A stretch of 64,000 bases of DNA from a virus. How positions within the stretch are numbered: position 1 is the first letter of the stretch; each line of letters opens with the position of its first letter. Both the position numbers and the translations under genes were made by a program. Under the pieces are notes generated by a model. The model saw only the letters and a program-made list of their open reading frames with translations, had not been told where the DNA came from and made no database searches. The stretch is from the IMG/VR virus record IMGVR_UViG_3300032236_000679, positions 59,006 through 123,005 of that record. One strand, given 5' to 3'. This document shows, in pieces, positions 1-8,519 of the stretch.

Positions 1-1577
1 AAATCATTTGCTGATTGCAAATATGGGCTATCTTTAGTAAATGTAGCGCCCCTTGCCTTTATTGACGCATCAGTTGCAGCATTTTGAGATTCAAGTTTAG
101 CTTGATTTTGTAGATTTGCAAGAATAGCAGCAAATTTTTCAGTAGATTCTTCATCGCCTTGATCAATTAACTTATTTGCTTGTTGAATTGCTTGCATCAA
201 TAACGGATCAGTTGCAATGGCGGCATTCATCACAGGGCCGCCCAATCTAACTTGATTTAAAGCTTCCTTCATATCGTTTGCTTTATCACCAAAAACATCC
301 ATTGTAGATGAAATTTTAGTGTAAGCATCTATTTTATTTTCGTCGCCGCCAAGAGTTTGTGCTACTGCGCCTTTTTGAGATTCAAGTCTTGCTTTTTGTA
401 ATGATTTTTCTGCATCTTTGCCTACTACTGCCTGCAGAACTTTTAAATCTTTAGAATATTTTACAGTTATTTCAGCCAAATCTTTTTGAGTTTCACTATA
501 TTTGTGACCAGTAATACGAGCCTGATCAATAGCACCAGCCATTGCCGATACTCTATCTTTTACATCAACTAATCCTAATGCATATAACTCCTGTGCTGCT
601 TGCCCAGTAACTAATGCACCGTTTGTTTTTCCAACTAGTTTAGCGGCTTGATCAAAACTCAATCCAACTTTATGAAATGAGTCCATTCCTTGCGAAATAC
701 CATCTACTAGATCACTCATTCTCATATGAGCAGCGCCAGCAGTGTTTCTAAGTTCGTCTAATCCCTGCCCAAATAATGCACCTGCACTGCTTGCTTTGGA
801 AAAATTATTTTCCCAGTTTTGCATAACTGGACCAATAGTATCCAGTGCTGATGTAAAGACACCTGCAACCTTACTAGCACCCTGAAGACCAGTACCAACG
901 ACTTGGCCAGCTATACCAATGCCTCTAGCCCATTTATTTTGACTTTGTAATAGTCCGCTAGTAGATTCTTTTAATAGCGATCCGCCACCACTGAGACTCT
1001 TAGATAATGCTTCAGTTTCTGCTTTGAGCATGCCTTGAGCAGCAGCAAGTGGTTTAGAATTTTGACTTGCATTGAATATATCTTTTACTAATGTGCCTGC
1101 ACCATTAGCAAATGAAGACATATTACCATATACTTTTGTTACCGATTCCGAAAATAACTTTTGATTTGCAATTGACTTATTAGTTGCATCAACATTTTGA
1201 ATTGTTGCAGAAACTTGTTTCTTTACTGCTTCTCTTAATGCAGGAGAATCAACTGATTTTTCAATTGAATCTGTTAATTCATCCAATGCTTTTTGCTGTT
1301 CTTTAAAAGATCCACCAGACTTTCTAACTTCTTCAATTGTTTTTCTAATTTCTGCTTGATATCTTTTTTCTTGAAATGCTCGTTCTTTAGTATCATTACC
1401 AGCAGCATTGATACCAGCACGATAATTGTCTAAATCTTTTCTAACTCTTTCAACAGTATCCGAAGCCGCAGCGACTCCTTTATTGAAAACTCTAAGCTCT
1501 TTATCCGGAAAAGCGGCTTTGAATTTAATAAGAAGTTCTTCTAATTGTTTTTGCAGTTCTTCAGGTGAGTCAGCCAT
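1..1577 (-). CDS. Tape measure protein, 5' part (runs off the window start)
   Basis: Starts ATG GCT GAC TCA (MADSPEELQKQLEELLIKFK...) at 1577. The frame is open at both ends where I read it, and the ORF track reports no stop-terminated ORF in it. Ala/Gln/Lys-rich helical composition, perfect TATAAATA upstream, adjacent to a tail chaperone. Confidence 0.75.
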   Translation of the reverse strand, partial: MADSPEELQKQLEELLIKFKAAFPDKELRVFNKGVAAASDTVERVRKDLDNYRAGINAAGNDTKERAFQEKRYQAEIRKTIEEVRKSGGSFKEQQKALDELTDSIEKSVDSPALREAVKKQVSATIQNVDATNKSIANQKLFSESVTKVYGNMSSFANGAGTLVKDIFNASQNSKPLAAAQGMLKAETEALSKSLSGGGSLLKESTSGLLQSQNKWARGIGIAGQVVGTGLQGASKVAGVFTSALDTIGPVMQNWENNFSKASSAGALFGQGLDELRNTAGAAHMRMSDLVDGISQGMDSFHKVGLSFDQAAKLVGKTNGALVTGQAAQELYALGLVDVKDRVSAMAGAIDQARITGHKYSETQKDLAEITVKYSKDLKVLQAVVGKDAEKSLQKARLESQKGAVAQTLGGDENKIDAYTKISSTMDVFGDKANDMKEALNQVRLGGPVMNAAIATDPLLMQAIQQANKLIDQGDEESTEKFAAILANLQNQAKLESQNAATDASIKARGATFTKDSPYLQSAND

Positions 1578-1607
1578 ATTAAAATTTTTACCTCATTTTT
1601 GTCCCAC

Positions 1608-1613
1608 TAAATA
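1608..1613 (+). promoter_or_regulatory. T4-type late promoter core TAAATA (for the chaperone gene)
   Basis: TAAATA 30 nt before the ATG at 1644; a gp55-like sigma factor is encoded in the window. Confidence 0.55.
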
Positions 1614-1625
1614 CATGGCACTAGT

Positions 1626-1633
1626 TATTTATA
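1626..1633 (-). promoter_or_regulatory. T4-type late promoter TATAAATA (for the tape measure gene)
   Basis: Plus strand TATTTATA reads TATAAATA on the minus strand, 48 nt upstream of the tape measure ATG. Confidence 0.7.
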
Positions 1634-1643
1634 GGATCAAAAA

Positions 1644-2498
1644 ATGACAGCAATATCAATGAACCCATTAACCAAGCATTTTCGACAGCCTTCAATTTAC
1701 CTAACACTACCAAGTGGCGGTAAGTTTTGGCCTGATGGATCAATTGATTTACCTCTTAACGGACAAATTCCAGTTTACCCAATGACTACCAGAGACGAAA
1801 TTACCATTCGTACACCTGATGCATTGCTTAATGGTGAAGGAATTGTTAACGTAATTAGAAGTTGCTGCCCACTAATTAAAGATCCTTGGAAGATGCCCAG
1901 CATTGATGTTGATGCAGTGCTAATTGCTATCAGAATTGCTAGTTATGGTCAAAGCATGGACATTGATACTATATGCCCTAGTTCAGCATGTAAGCATCAA
2001 AATAGTCATGCACTAGATCTTACTTTCCTATTAGATGGAATTAAAGCCCCTAATTACGACACCCCAATCGAAATTCAAGGTCTTAAGATTAAGATTAGAC
2101 CACAGAGTTATTTCGAAGGGTATAAGACAAACAACGCAAATTTTGAAGAGCAGAGACTATTACAAGTAGTAAACAGCCAAGAAATGAGCGAAGAAGAAAA
2201 GTTAGAGAAGTATACTATTCACATGCAAAAGCTAGTTGAAATTAGTATGAAGGTAATTGCTACAGGCACAGAATACATCGAAACCGAAGATGGCACAAGG
2301 GTACACGACTTTGATTTCATCAAAGAATTTTATGACAACGCCGACAATAGAATCGTAAAGGCAGTTCGTAATCAGTTTGATAAGATCAATGAAAGTATGG
2401 CTCTTCCCAGACCACGTGTTCAATGCAGCGAATGTGAATTTGAATATCCTGTAGAAGTAGAGTTTGATTATACTCGTTTTTTCAACAACGCCTCTTAA
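1644..2498 (+). CDS. T4 gp26-like baseplate hub/tail assembly chaperone (gpG-equivalent)
   Basis: LTLPSGG...PMTTRDEI...DVDAVLIAIRIASYG motif with Cys pairs (CPSSAC, CSEC); lies next to the tape measure gene. Confidence 0.7.
   Translation: MTAISMNPLTKHFRQPSIYLTLPSGGKFWPDGSIDLPLNGQIPVYPMTTRDEITIRTPDALLNGEGIVNVIRSCCPLIKDPWKMPSIDVDAVLIAIRIASYGQSMDIDTICPSSACKHQNSHALDLTFLLDGIKAPNYDTPIEIQGLKIKIRPQSYFEGYKTNNANFEEQRLLQVVNSQEMSEEEKLEKYTIHMQKLVEISMKVIATGTEYIETEDGTRVHDFDFIKEFYDNADNRIVKAVRNQFDKINESMALPRPRVQCSECEFEYPVEVEFDYTRFFNNAS
2477..2483 (+). promoter_or_regulatory. Putative -1 ribosomal frameshift slippery site T TTT TTC
   Basis: X XXY YYZ heptamer in the correct phase (CGT TTT TTC), four codons before the zero-frame stop. 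Confidence 0.7.
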
Positions 2499-2713
2499 CA
2501 TTAGATCGTGACGGGATTATTAAGTTAATCGAAGACTATGAACGTCAAGTTAAGGGGCTAAAGGAAGAAGCACTTCGTATGTGTTGGTACATGCGTGGCG
2601 GTCTCACTTATGACGAAGCAGTTGACTTAAGTTTTCAAGAACGAGAAATTATTAACAGTATCATTAAACAAAACATGGAAATTACACAGAAGACAGGAAC
2701 TCCATTCTTCTAA
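2477..2713 (+). CDS. -1 frame extension of the chaperone (gpT/gp51-like), expressed as a frameshift fusion
   Basis: The -1 frame opens after TGA at 2465-2467 and reads FFQQRLLTLDRDGIIKLIEDYERQVKGLKEEALRMCWYMRGGLTYDEAVDLSFQEREIINSIIKQNMEITQKTGTPFF to TAA at 2711-2713. No ATG until 2579. Slippery heptamer T TTT TTC at 2477-2483. Confidence 0.7.
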   Translation, partial: FFQQRLLTLDRDGIIKLIEDYERQVKGLKEEALRMCWYMRGGLTYDEAVDLSFQEREIINSIIKQNMEITQKTGTPFF

Positions 2714-2729
2714 TTGTATTCATATGCAT

Positions 2730-3080
2730 TGTGTGGTTGCTTTGCAGCAACCAGTTAACTCACTTACGTTCGTTAACATTTTCTCTTGATACTTTTTGTT
2801 AGATTAGATGTCATACTGATCCCTTTACGGGATCAGTGACAAAGAAACTTTTGTTGAGTTCTCCGTCATACTGTAGAAAAAGGAAACTTTATTACAAGAA
2901 GGGCGGTTGGCCGGTACCCTATTATTCCAGCTGAATTCCAACGGTACAGTAGTAATGCCTTAACCAGCAAACATTATTACTGCTGTGGTTGCTTTTTCTC
3001 AGAGCCACAATCATTTAGCCTATCGCAAGCCGTGCGTTGTCCGCTTTCACGATTATCGGGGCGTGAGACCTTCTATTTTT
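2730..3080. ncRNA. Structured non-coding element (candidate ncRNA or replication origin)
   Basis: At least five stem-loops, GNRA-type loops on the minus strand, a long-range AGAAGG/CCTTCT helix and a possible pseudoknot; no ORF. Confidence 0.45.
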
Positions 3081-3147
3081 AACAGATAAGGGACTATATA
3101 GCCTGAGGTGCCTACGATGCCAAGTAGTTCAATTATATATCTTTTTG

Positions 3148-4275
3148 TTATTTCACTTTGTAGAATTTACTAAAACAGCCAATTAAGCCTTTTTCGAAAG
3201 TATTTTGATTACACCACGAGGGTGCAATCTGTGATTTTAAATCGTCTAAGCCCATCTTCCAATTTTTATAAGCCAATATGTTTTCGTTTCTGAACCAGTA
3301 TTCATTCTCCTGGTATAATGGATTATAAGGCTTTTTTACCTTAAACACAATATCTTTACAGTAATCCTGATATACTAGAGGGTTGATTATAGAATAATAT
3401 TCTTCTGGTACTAGGCCTTTGCCTGAACGAAAATCTAATAGATTTCTTAGATGTGGATTCATATCAAACCATGCACTGATAACTTGTGCTTGCTTTGATA
3501 ACAGTTCTGGCAAGTCAGGTGACCAATAGAATAATTCATCGTTTTCCCAGTATAGATCGTTGACTTGATTAAAATCTCCTACACTGATGCTAAGTTGCAC
3601 ATCAAGAAAATACATGTAATAACTACCATCTTGAAATGTAACTCGAGGTTTATCAATGCCATGTATGAATCCTACACGACGTCCTTTATCATACTGCATC
3701 AAATAATTTCTTGTAGAATTATGAATTAATATGTTTTTAGGCATTGATGCATTGTATCTAACACCAGGATTGAAATCTAAGATCCAATTCTTGTTGTCAT
3801 AATACTTGAGCAAATCATCTGTATAATCATAAAAAGTAACTTTAGTATTAAAGTTTACATCTAATTTCTTCAGTATTGGTATTGCTTGCAGTTCGATTTC
3901 GCTACGTAGATTCCATGCTTCGTCGCTAGAGTTTGCTGTTGATTCCGTGCCTTTGAAAGGACCAAAGATTAAAATTTCATCTAAGAAAATATTGTTGTCG
4001 ATAAACGATCTTAGAATCGTATAACTGTCTATGCCGCCACTATAGCAGAGTACAAGATAATCATATTTTTCTCTAAGTTGTTTTGCTCTTAGTGCATACA
4101 AACTTTTTAATGTCATCTCAACTGGGCTTTGCCAATCAAATGTTTCAAATATATCGTCGTTGAAGTTCCAATGTACCCCAGTATTTGTTTTTTGATCCTC
4201 AACAATTGCATCTACTTTTCGATAGAATTTTTGATTACCAACTTGATAAAATCCTCTTTTGTCAATTTCGTTCAA
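3148..4275 (-). CDS. PP-loop (adenine nucleotide alpha-hydrolase superfamily) protein
   Basis: LVLCYSGGIDS PP-loop motif; TTG start with AAGGA upstream. Confidence 0.7.
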   Translation of the reverse strand: MNEIDKRGFYQVGNQKFYRKVDAIVEDQKTNTGVHWNFNDDIFETFDWQSPVEMTLKSLYALRAKQLREKYDYLVLCYSGGIDSYTILRSFIDNNIFLDEILIFGPFKGTESTANSSDEAWNLRSEIELQAIPILKKLDVNFNTKVTFYDYTDDLLKYYDNKNWILDFNPGVRYNASMPKNILIHNSTRNYLMQYDKGRRVGFIHGIDKPRVTFQDGSYYMYFLDVQLSISVGDFNQVNDLYWENDELFYWSPDLPELLSKQAQVISAWFDMNPHLRNLLDFRSGKGLVPEEYYSIINPLVYQDYCKDIVFKVKKPYNPLYQENEYWFRNENILAYKNWKMGLDDLKSQIAPSWCNQNTFEKGLIGCFSKFYKVK

Positions 4276-5152
4276 AATTTACATCCTTTGCAATTTGTCG
4301 AAACTGCTGTTGTTGATTTACAAGAAAATTATCTATACTTAAAGATGTTGGTAATATGCCTAATGATTTCAAATCTAACGACATTAGTTTTGTCTGTACT
4401 TCATTTAGAATTGCAGGATCTGCTGTTGAATTGGCAACCAATGCAAACCATCTCTCATAATTGTAATCATTAATTCCATATTCTTTAACTGTACTAACAG
4501 CAGGATAGTCTGCTAATCTAGTTGAATTTAAAACTGCCAAGGGTTTAAGTAGATTTGATCTAATGTAAGGATCAACTAACATATTAGATTCAACTACGAA
4601 CTGTATATGATTACCCAATAAGTCTGCCAATGCTTCGCTGCCGCCTTTGTAAGGAACGTGTACAAAGTTATTGAACTTGGCAGTAATCAATGCAGCCAAA
4701 ATATGCTGCCCACTTCCAACTCCGCTAGAACCATAATAAACAGGATTTGATTTTGCCTGTTCAACTAGTTCTAATAATGTGTTTGCAGTTACTTTATTTG
4801 ATACAACTAATAAATTTGGGATAATTCCTAAATGTTTAACAAGTATAAAATCTTTACCTAAATCGTAAGTTTCTTTTTTATCAATGATAGGACCATCAGT
4901 TAACCCATTACTAGCAAGTGCAATTACTGTTTCATTTGTTTTTAATTTTGCAATATAATTGAAAGCAATAGCACCGCCTGCGCCTGTTTTATATTCAATT
5001 ACTGTTGGTATATTTTGACTGTTTAGGTTTGACTGTACTGCACGTGATATTAAATCTGCAGGACCTCCTGGTGCATAAGGCACAATCAAACGCAATTCAG
5101 TAGATTGAGCAGCAATTGGAAATATTAAAAACAGTAAGAATAATAGTCTCAT
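4262..5152 (-). CDS. tctC: Tripartite tricarboxylate transporter substrate-binding protein (Bug/TctC family)
   Basis: Signal peptide; LIVPYAPGGPAD, KTGAGGAI, YGSSGVGS.QH, VHVPYKGGSEALADLLG family motifs. Confidence 0.88.
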   Translation of the reverse strand: MRLLFLLFLIFPIAAQSTELRLIVPYAPGGPADLISRAVQSNLNSQNIPTVIEYKTGAGGAIAFNYIAKLKTNETVIALASNGLTDGPIIDKKETYDLGKDFILVKHLGIIPNLLVVSNKVTANTLLELVEQAKSNPVYYGSSGVGSGQHILAALITAKFNNFVHVPYKGGSEALADLLGNHIQFVVESNMLVDPYIRSNLLKPLAVLNSTRLADYPAVSTVKEYGINDYNYERWFALVANSTADPAILNEVQTKLMSLDLKSLGILPTSLSIDNFLVNQQQQFRQIAKDVNFERN

Positions 5153-5184
5153 TTAACAATAGTAACAGAAAGTTAACAATATGT

Positions 5185-5628
5185 CTATATTTTCATTGCC
5201 ACTTCATCTAAGTGTTCGGCAGGAGGATAGAACTTAACTGCTGAAATATTACCATTATAATACTTGCGTAAACCATTAGGTAATCTAGATCTAAGCACAT
5301 CTTCCATAATTTGAATTTCAACTTCTCGATAGTGCAAACTACCTTTAGTTTTATGTAAACTTACAATTTGAAATTTGTAATTGTCTTTACCATATAACTC
5401 GATTGATTTGTTAAGTTCAACACTGGAACTGGTATACTTGCGCCAATTGGATTCTTTTTTGAAATGCTTACGGTTCTTTCTTCCCTTAACTGCTTTAGTT
5501 AAGTTACTGTAAAACTGTTTCTTTCCAATATATTCTCTGCCAGTATTAAGTTCGATGATTCGATATATAAAACCAAACCATTCTTCAACATTAAATTCGT
5601 GCGGAAATTCCCAGTGTCCTAGATCCAT
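5185..5628 (-). CDS. GIY-YIG endonuclease (T4 endonuclease II-like)
   Basis: GFIYRI...REYIGKK motif, conserved R/E residues and C-terminal YYNGNI; standalone, about 147 aa. Confidence 0.8.
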   Translation of the reverse strand: MDLGHWEFPHEFNVEEWFGFIYRIIELNTGREYIGKKQFYSNLTKAVKGRKNRKHFKKESNWRKYTSSSVELNKSIELYGKDNYKFQIVSLHKTKGSLHYREVEIQIMEDVLRSRLPNGLRKYYNGNISAVKFYPPAEHLDEVAMKI

Positions 5629-5655
5629 TGCAGTGCATATTTACCGCACTGCAAT
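5627..5655 (-). promoter_or_regulatory. Start-codon-sequestering hairpin with a late promoter in its loop
   Basis: Perfect 10-bp stem ATTGCAGTGC/GCACTGCAAT; loop GGTAAATAT contains TAAATA (5638-5643); the 3' arm includes the AT of the nuclease ATG. Confidence 0.65.
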
Positions 5656-5660
5656 ATAGG

Positions 5661-7430
5661 TCACGCATCATCTGAAAAGTTCTCATATGATGTAAAGCCA
5701 TTTTCTTTGATGACCTTCATCACGTTATTAACACGACCTGACAGTTCATCTTTATGGCTTACAAGGAAAATACTCTTATTACGTTCACGTGACATCTTCT
5801 TTAAGATAGCCAGCGCATTTTCAACACCACTTGAATCCATGCCGCTGTCAATCATCTCATCAATGAACAGTAAGTTGATGGGCATGTATAGACTTTCCCA
5901 AACATCTCTAAACGAAAAACTTAACGAAAGTATAAGACGATTGCGTTCACCACGACTGAGATTATCAAAGTCAAGTTCTCGACCCAACTCTGTAATTTCT
6001 ACAGTTAGATCATTTAAGAACTTAACTTGATGAGGTAGTCCAATTGCATGTAGATATGCACCCAGTCTAGTGTTAAGATAAGCAAGATTCTGATCAATGA
6101 TGCGCTTACGCACAAATGAGTCTTTGTTAGTCAGCAACTTGAGTAGAAATTCTTGATGCTCTTTAACTTGAGTAAGTGCATTGATCTTATCCCATGTAAT
6201 CTCTTCAATTGCTGATGTTTCCATATCAACAATTTGTTCTGCATAAGGGTCCTGCTCGTCACGCTTGCGATCTAACTGCTCAACTAATTTTTCAAGTGTG
6301 CTACGATGACTTAATGCCTTTTCAAGCGAATCATAAATTACCTTGGGTGAAGAACCAATTGCGCCCAGTGCATCTAACTGATCTTGGTATTCATTTGCTT
6401 TTTCTTGTAGTGTAAGCATATGATTTTGGCAATCAGTATATTGCTTTGATTTAGTTTCAAGTATCATACCCATGTTTGCATCATGCAGTGTTGAACCACA
6501 TGCATAGCAAGTGTGATTATTAAGATCTGCTATCTCACCTTCGAGTTTCTGATATAGTTTTTCTTCTTTTGCATAATCAGCACGTAGACTACGAATCCAT
6601 TTGTCGCATTCTGTTTTCTTTTTAACACGTTCGTGATAATCAGATAACTCTTTATGCGATTGAATTTCTGCTTCGATATCTACGTTAGCAAGATCCATAA
6701 GCCCACGTTCAAGAGTTATTACATCTTCTTCATGTTTACTAACCCATAACTTTTGTCTACGCTTGAGATTTTCGATCTGTTCAGCAATACGCTTGTTGGC
6801 ATCTTGCACTGCTTTAATACGAATCTCTTCCTCAGTAATTGCTTCCTTAGTTGTTTTAATTTGATTCTTAAGTGCTTCTGCTTTTTCACTAAGGATTGTA
6901 ATGCCCAGCAACTGTTCAATAATAGTACGCTGATCATTTGCTCGCATACTAAGAAAAGGTTCGGTATATGTGTTCAATGCTAATACATGCTTGAACATAT
7001 CATGAGTCATACCCAGCAGGCGTTCGATATCCTGCTGTGTTTCTCTACTGTCACCCTGACTGTCGTCTTCGTATTGTTCTTCTTCGCCGTTTACATATAA
7101 TTTTAGAACATTGGGCTTACGTCCTCGTTCAATCTTGTAGTCTTGATTGTTAACATTGAAATCAACCGTAACCAACATGTTTTTTGCGTTAGTCTTATTA
7201 ATTAGATTATCGCGTTTGATGTTGGTTAGGGCTTGACCGTAGAGCGCATAACTCAAGGCGTTTATAATAGTGGTTTTACCCGTACCGTTACGAGCACCAG
7301 AATCATCACCTCCTAAATCTAAGTTTTCGCCTAATACGAGTGTAAGGTCTCTACGGTCAAATTCTACAGCCTGGGTTGCATTGCCCACGCTCATGAAATT
7401 CTTTACAGTTAAGTTCTTAATCTTAAACAT
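5661..7430 (-). CDS. gp46: Recombination endonuclease ATPase subunit (T4 gp46 / SbcC-Rad50)
   Basis: Walker A GARNGTGKTT, coiled coil with CYAC zinc hook, LSRGE signature, LLFIDE Walker B, H-loop VSH. Confidence 0.93.
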   Translation of the reverse strand: MFKIKNLTVKNFMSVGNATQAVEFDRRDLTLVLGENLDLGGDDSGARNGTGKTTIINALSYALYGQALTNIKRDNLINKTNAKNMLVTVDFNVNNQDYKIERGRKPNVLKLYVNGEEEQYEDDSQGDSRETQQDIERLLGMTHDMFKHVLALNTYTEPFLSMRANDQRTIIEQLLGITILSEKAEALKNQIKTTKEAITEEEIRIKAVQDANKRIAEQIENLKRRQKLWVSKHEEDVITLERGLMDLANVDIEAEIQSHKELSDYHERVKKKTECDKWIRSLRADYAKEEKLYQKLEGEIADLNNHTCYACGSTLHDANMGMILETKSKQYTDCQNHMLTLQEKANEYQDQLDALGAIGSSPKVIYDSLEKALSHRSTLEKLVEQLDRKRDEQDPYAEQIVDMETSAIEEITWDKINALTQVKEHQEFLLKLLTNKDSFVRKRIIDQNLAYLNTRLGAYLHAIGLPHQVKFLNDLTVEITELGRELDFDNLSRGERNRLILSLSFSFRDVWESLYMPINLLFIDEMIDSGMDSSGVENALAILKKMSRERNKSIFLVSHKDELSGRVNNVMKVIKENGFTSYENFSDDA

Positions 7431-7468
7431 TGATATTACTTTACATTAAGTTATTGGATAAATCTATA

Positions 7469-8482
7469 TTAAAGTCCAGTGTAAATCTGCATTAACAGTT
7501 GTCTGTCATAATGAGATGTATCAATTGCTTCAATTTGATTAATGACAATCTGATCAACTGATTCAAATGCAGTATCAATTGGAGTACCTGTTAGATCAAG
7601 TTCTAACTTGTGTGGGATAAGTGTCAGTTCTCTTGCACCATACTGACCCAGCATAGTTTCTTTGATGAAGTTTGCTTCTTCGTAACTGATGGAAATATCT
7701 AAATTAACACGAGCATATGTTCGATCATTGAGATATGTTTCTGGATTATCGATCAGTTGTGCAAGACTCATAACACGATATTCGGGTCCTTGAGTCCAAT
7801 TAACAAATTCTGGTTCCTGTCCCCAATCTAAAATAACAGCGCCGCGATCATTGTCCCATGCGTCAGCAAAGTTATGTGGAAATGCATTTCCAATATAATG
7901 AATATTATTTTGTGTTTGTCGTTTGTGAAAATGTCCTGTGAATACTTTATCAACATAACCAAAATCTTCACGGCGTAGTTCACCATGATCGGGCATTTCT
8001 ACCATTGCGTTCATAAGGAATCGTGGCAGTTCAAAATGTCCCATGACATATTTGTCTTTGATCTTACGCATGTTTTTATGTTCTTCGCCAATTAGCCAAG
8101 GCACAAAGCAAACGTCACCCTCACTGTACTGTTCATTAATTAATTGAATATTCTTGAACTTACTGATGTACTTGATTGAAGTGAGGGTGCGTTTGTCTTT
8201 ATGGTAGAGATCATGATTACCAGGAATAAACATACACCTGAGACCACTTGCATCAATCTTATCTAAACATCTAAGACTATAGTCCATTGTGCTGATATTG
8301 ATACTGTTTCTATTATGGTGAAAATCTCCTAGAAATAGTATGATATCGCATTCTCTACTTTTTGCAAGATCAAGGAACCAATCTACATAGCGTTCGCAGT
8401 CTTGATTATGTTGAGCACTATTGCTCTTCATTCCAAGATGTAGATCGGTAAAGATAGCAGCACGTTTGAATAAGTTTGACAT
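7469..8482 (-). CDS. gp47: Recombination endonuclease nuclease subunit (T4 gp47 / SbcD-Mre11)
   Basis: Metallophosphoesterase motifs DLHLG, GDFHH, GNHD, GHFH. Confidence 0.92.
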   Translation of the reverse strand: MSNLFKRAAIFTDLHLGMKSNSAQHNQDCERYVDWFLDLAKSRECDIILFLGDFHHNRNSINISTMDYSLRCLDKIDASGLRCMFIPGNHDLYHKDKRTLTSIKYISKFKNIQLINEQYSEGDVCFVPWLIGEEHKNMRKIKDKYVMGHFELPRFLMNAMVEMPDHGELRREDFGYVDKVFTGHFHKRQTQNNIHYIGNAFPHNFADAWDNDRGAVILDWGQEPEFVNWTQGPEYRVMSLAQLIDNPETYLNDRTYARVNLDISISYEEANFIKETMLGQYGARELTLIPHKLELDLTGTPIDTAFESVDQIVINQIEAIDTSHYDRQLLMQIYTGL

Positions 8483-8488
8483 ACTGCT

Positions 8489-8517
8489 ATTATATTACAT
8501 TAGTTTGGCAATATCAA
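8489..8517 (-). promoter_or_regulatory. Sigma70-type promoter for gp47-gp46
   Basis: TTGATA-17 nt-TATAAT, with the ATG 6 nt after the -10 box. Confidence 0.6.
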
Positions 8518-8519
8518 TA

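Noticed and set aside
2734-2840. Hairpins as simple rho-independent terminators
   Set aside because: They lack adjacent U-tracts and are part of a larger multi-stem region; treated as one structured element instead.
5185-5628. GIY-YIG gene as an intron-encoded homing endonuclease
   Set aside because: It is freestanding between intact genes, with no interrupted host gene or intron core elements seen.
5661-8482. Inteins or introns in gp46, gp47 or thyA
   Set aside because: Lengths and motif spacing are normal; no intein C/S...HN termini.
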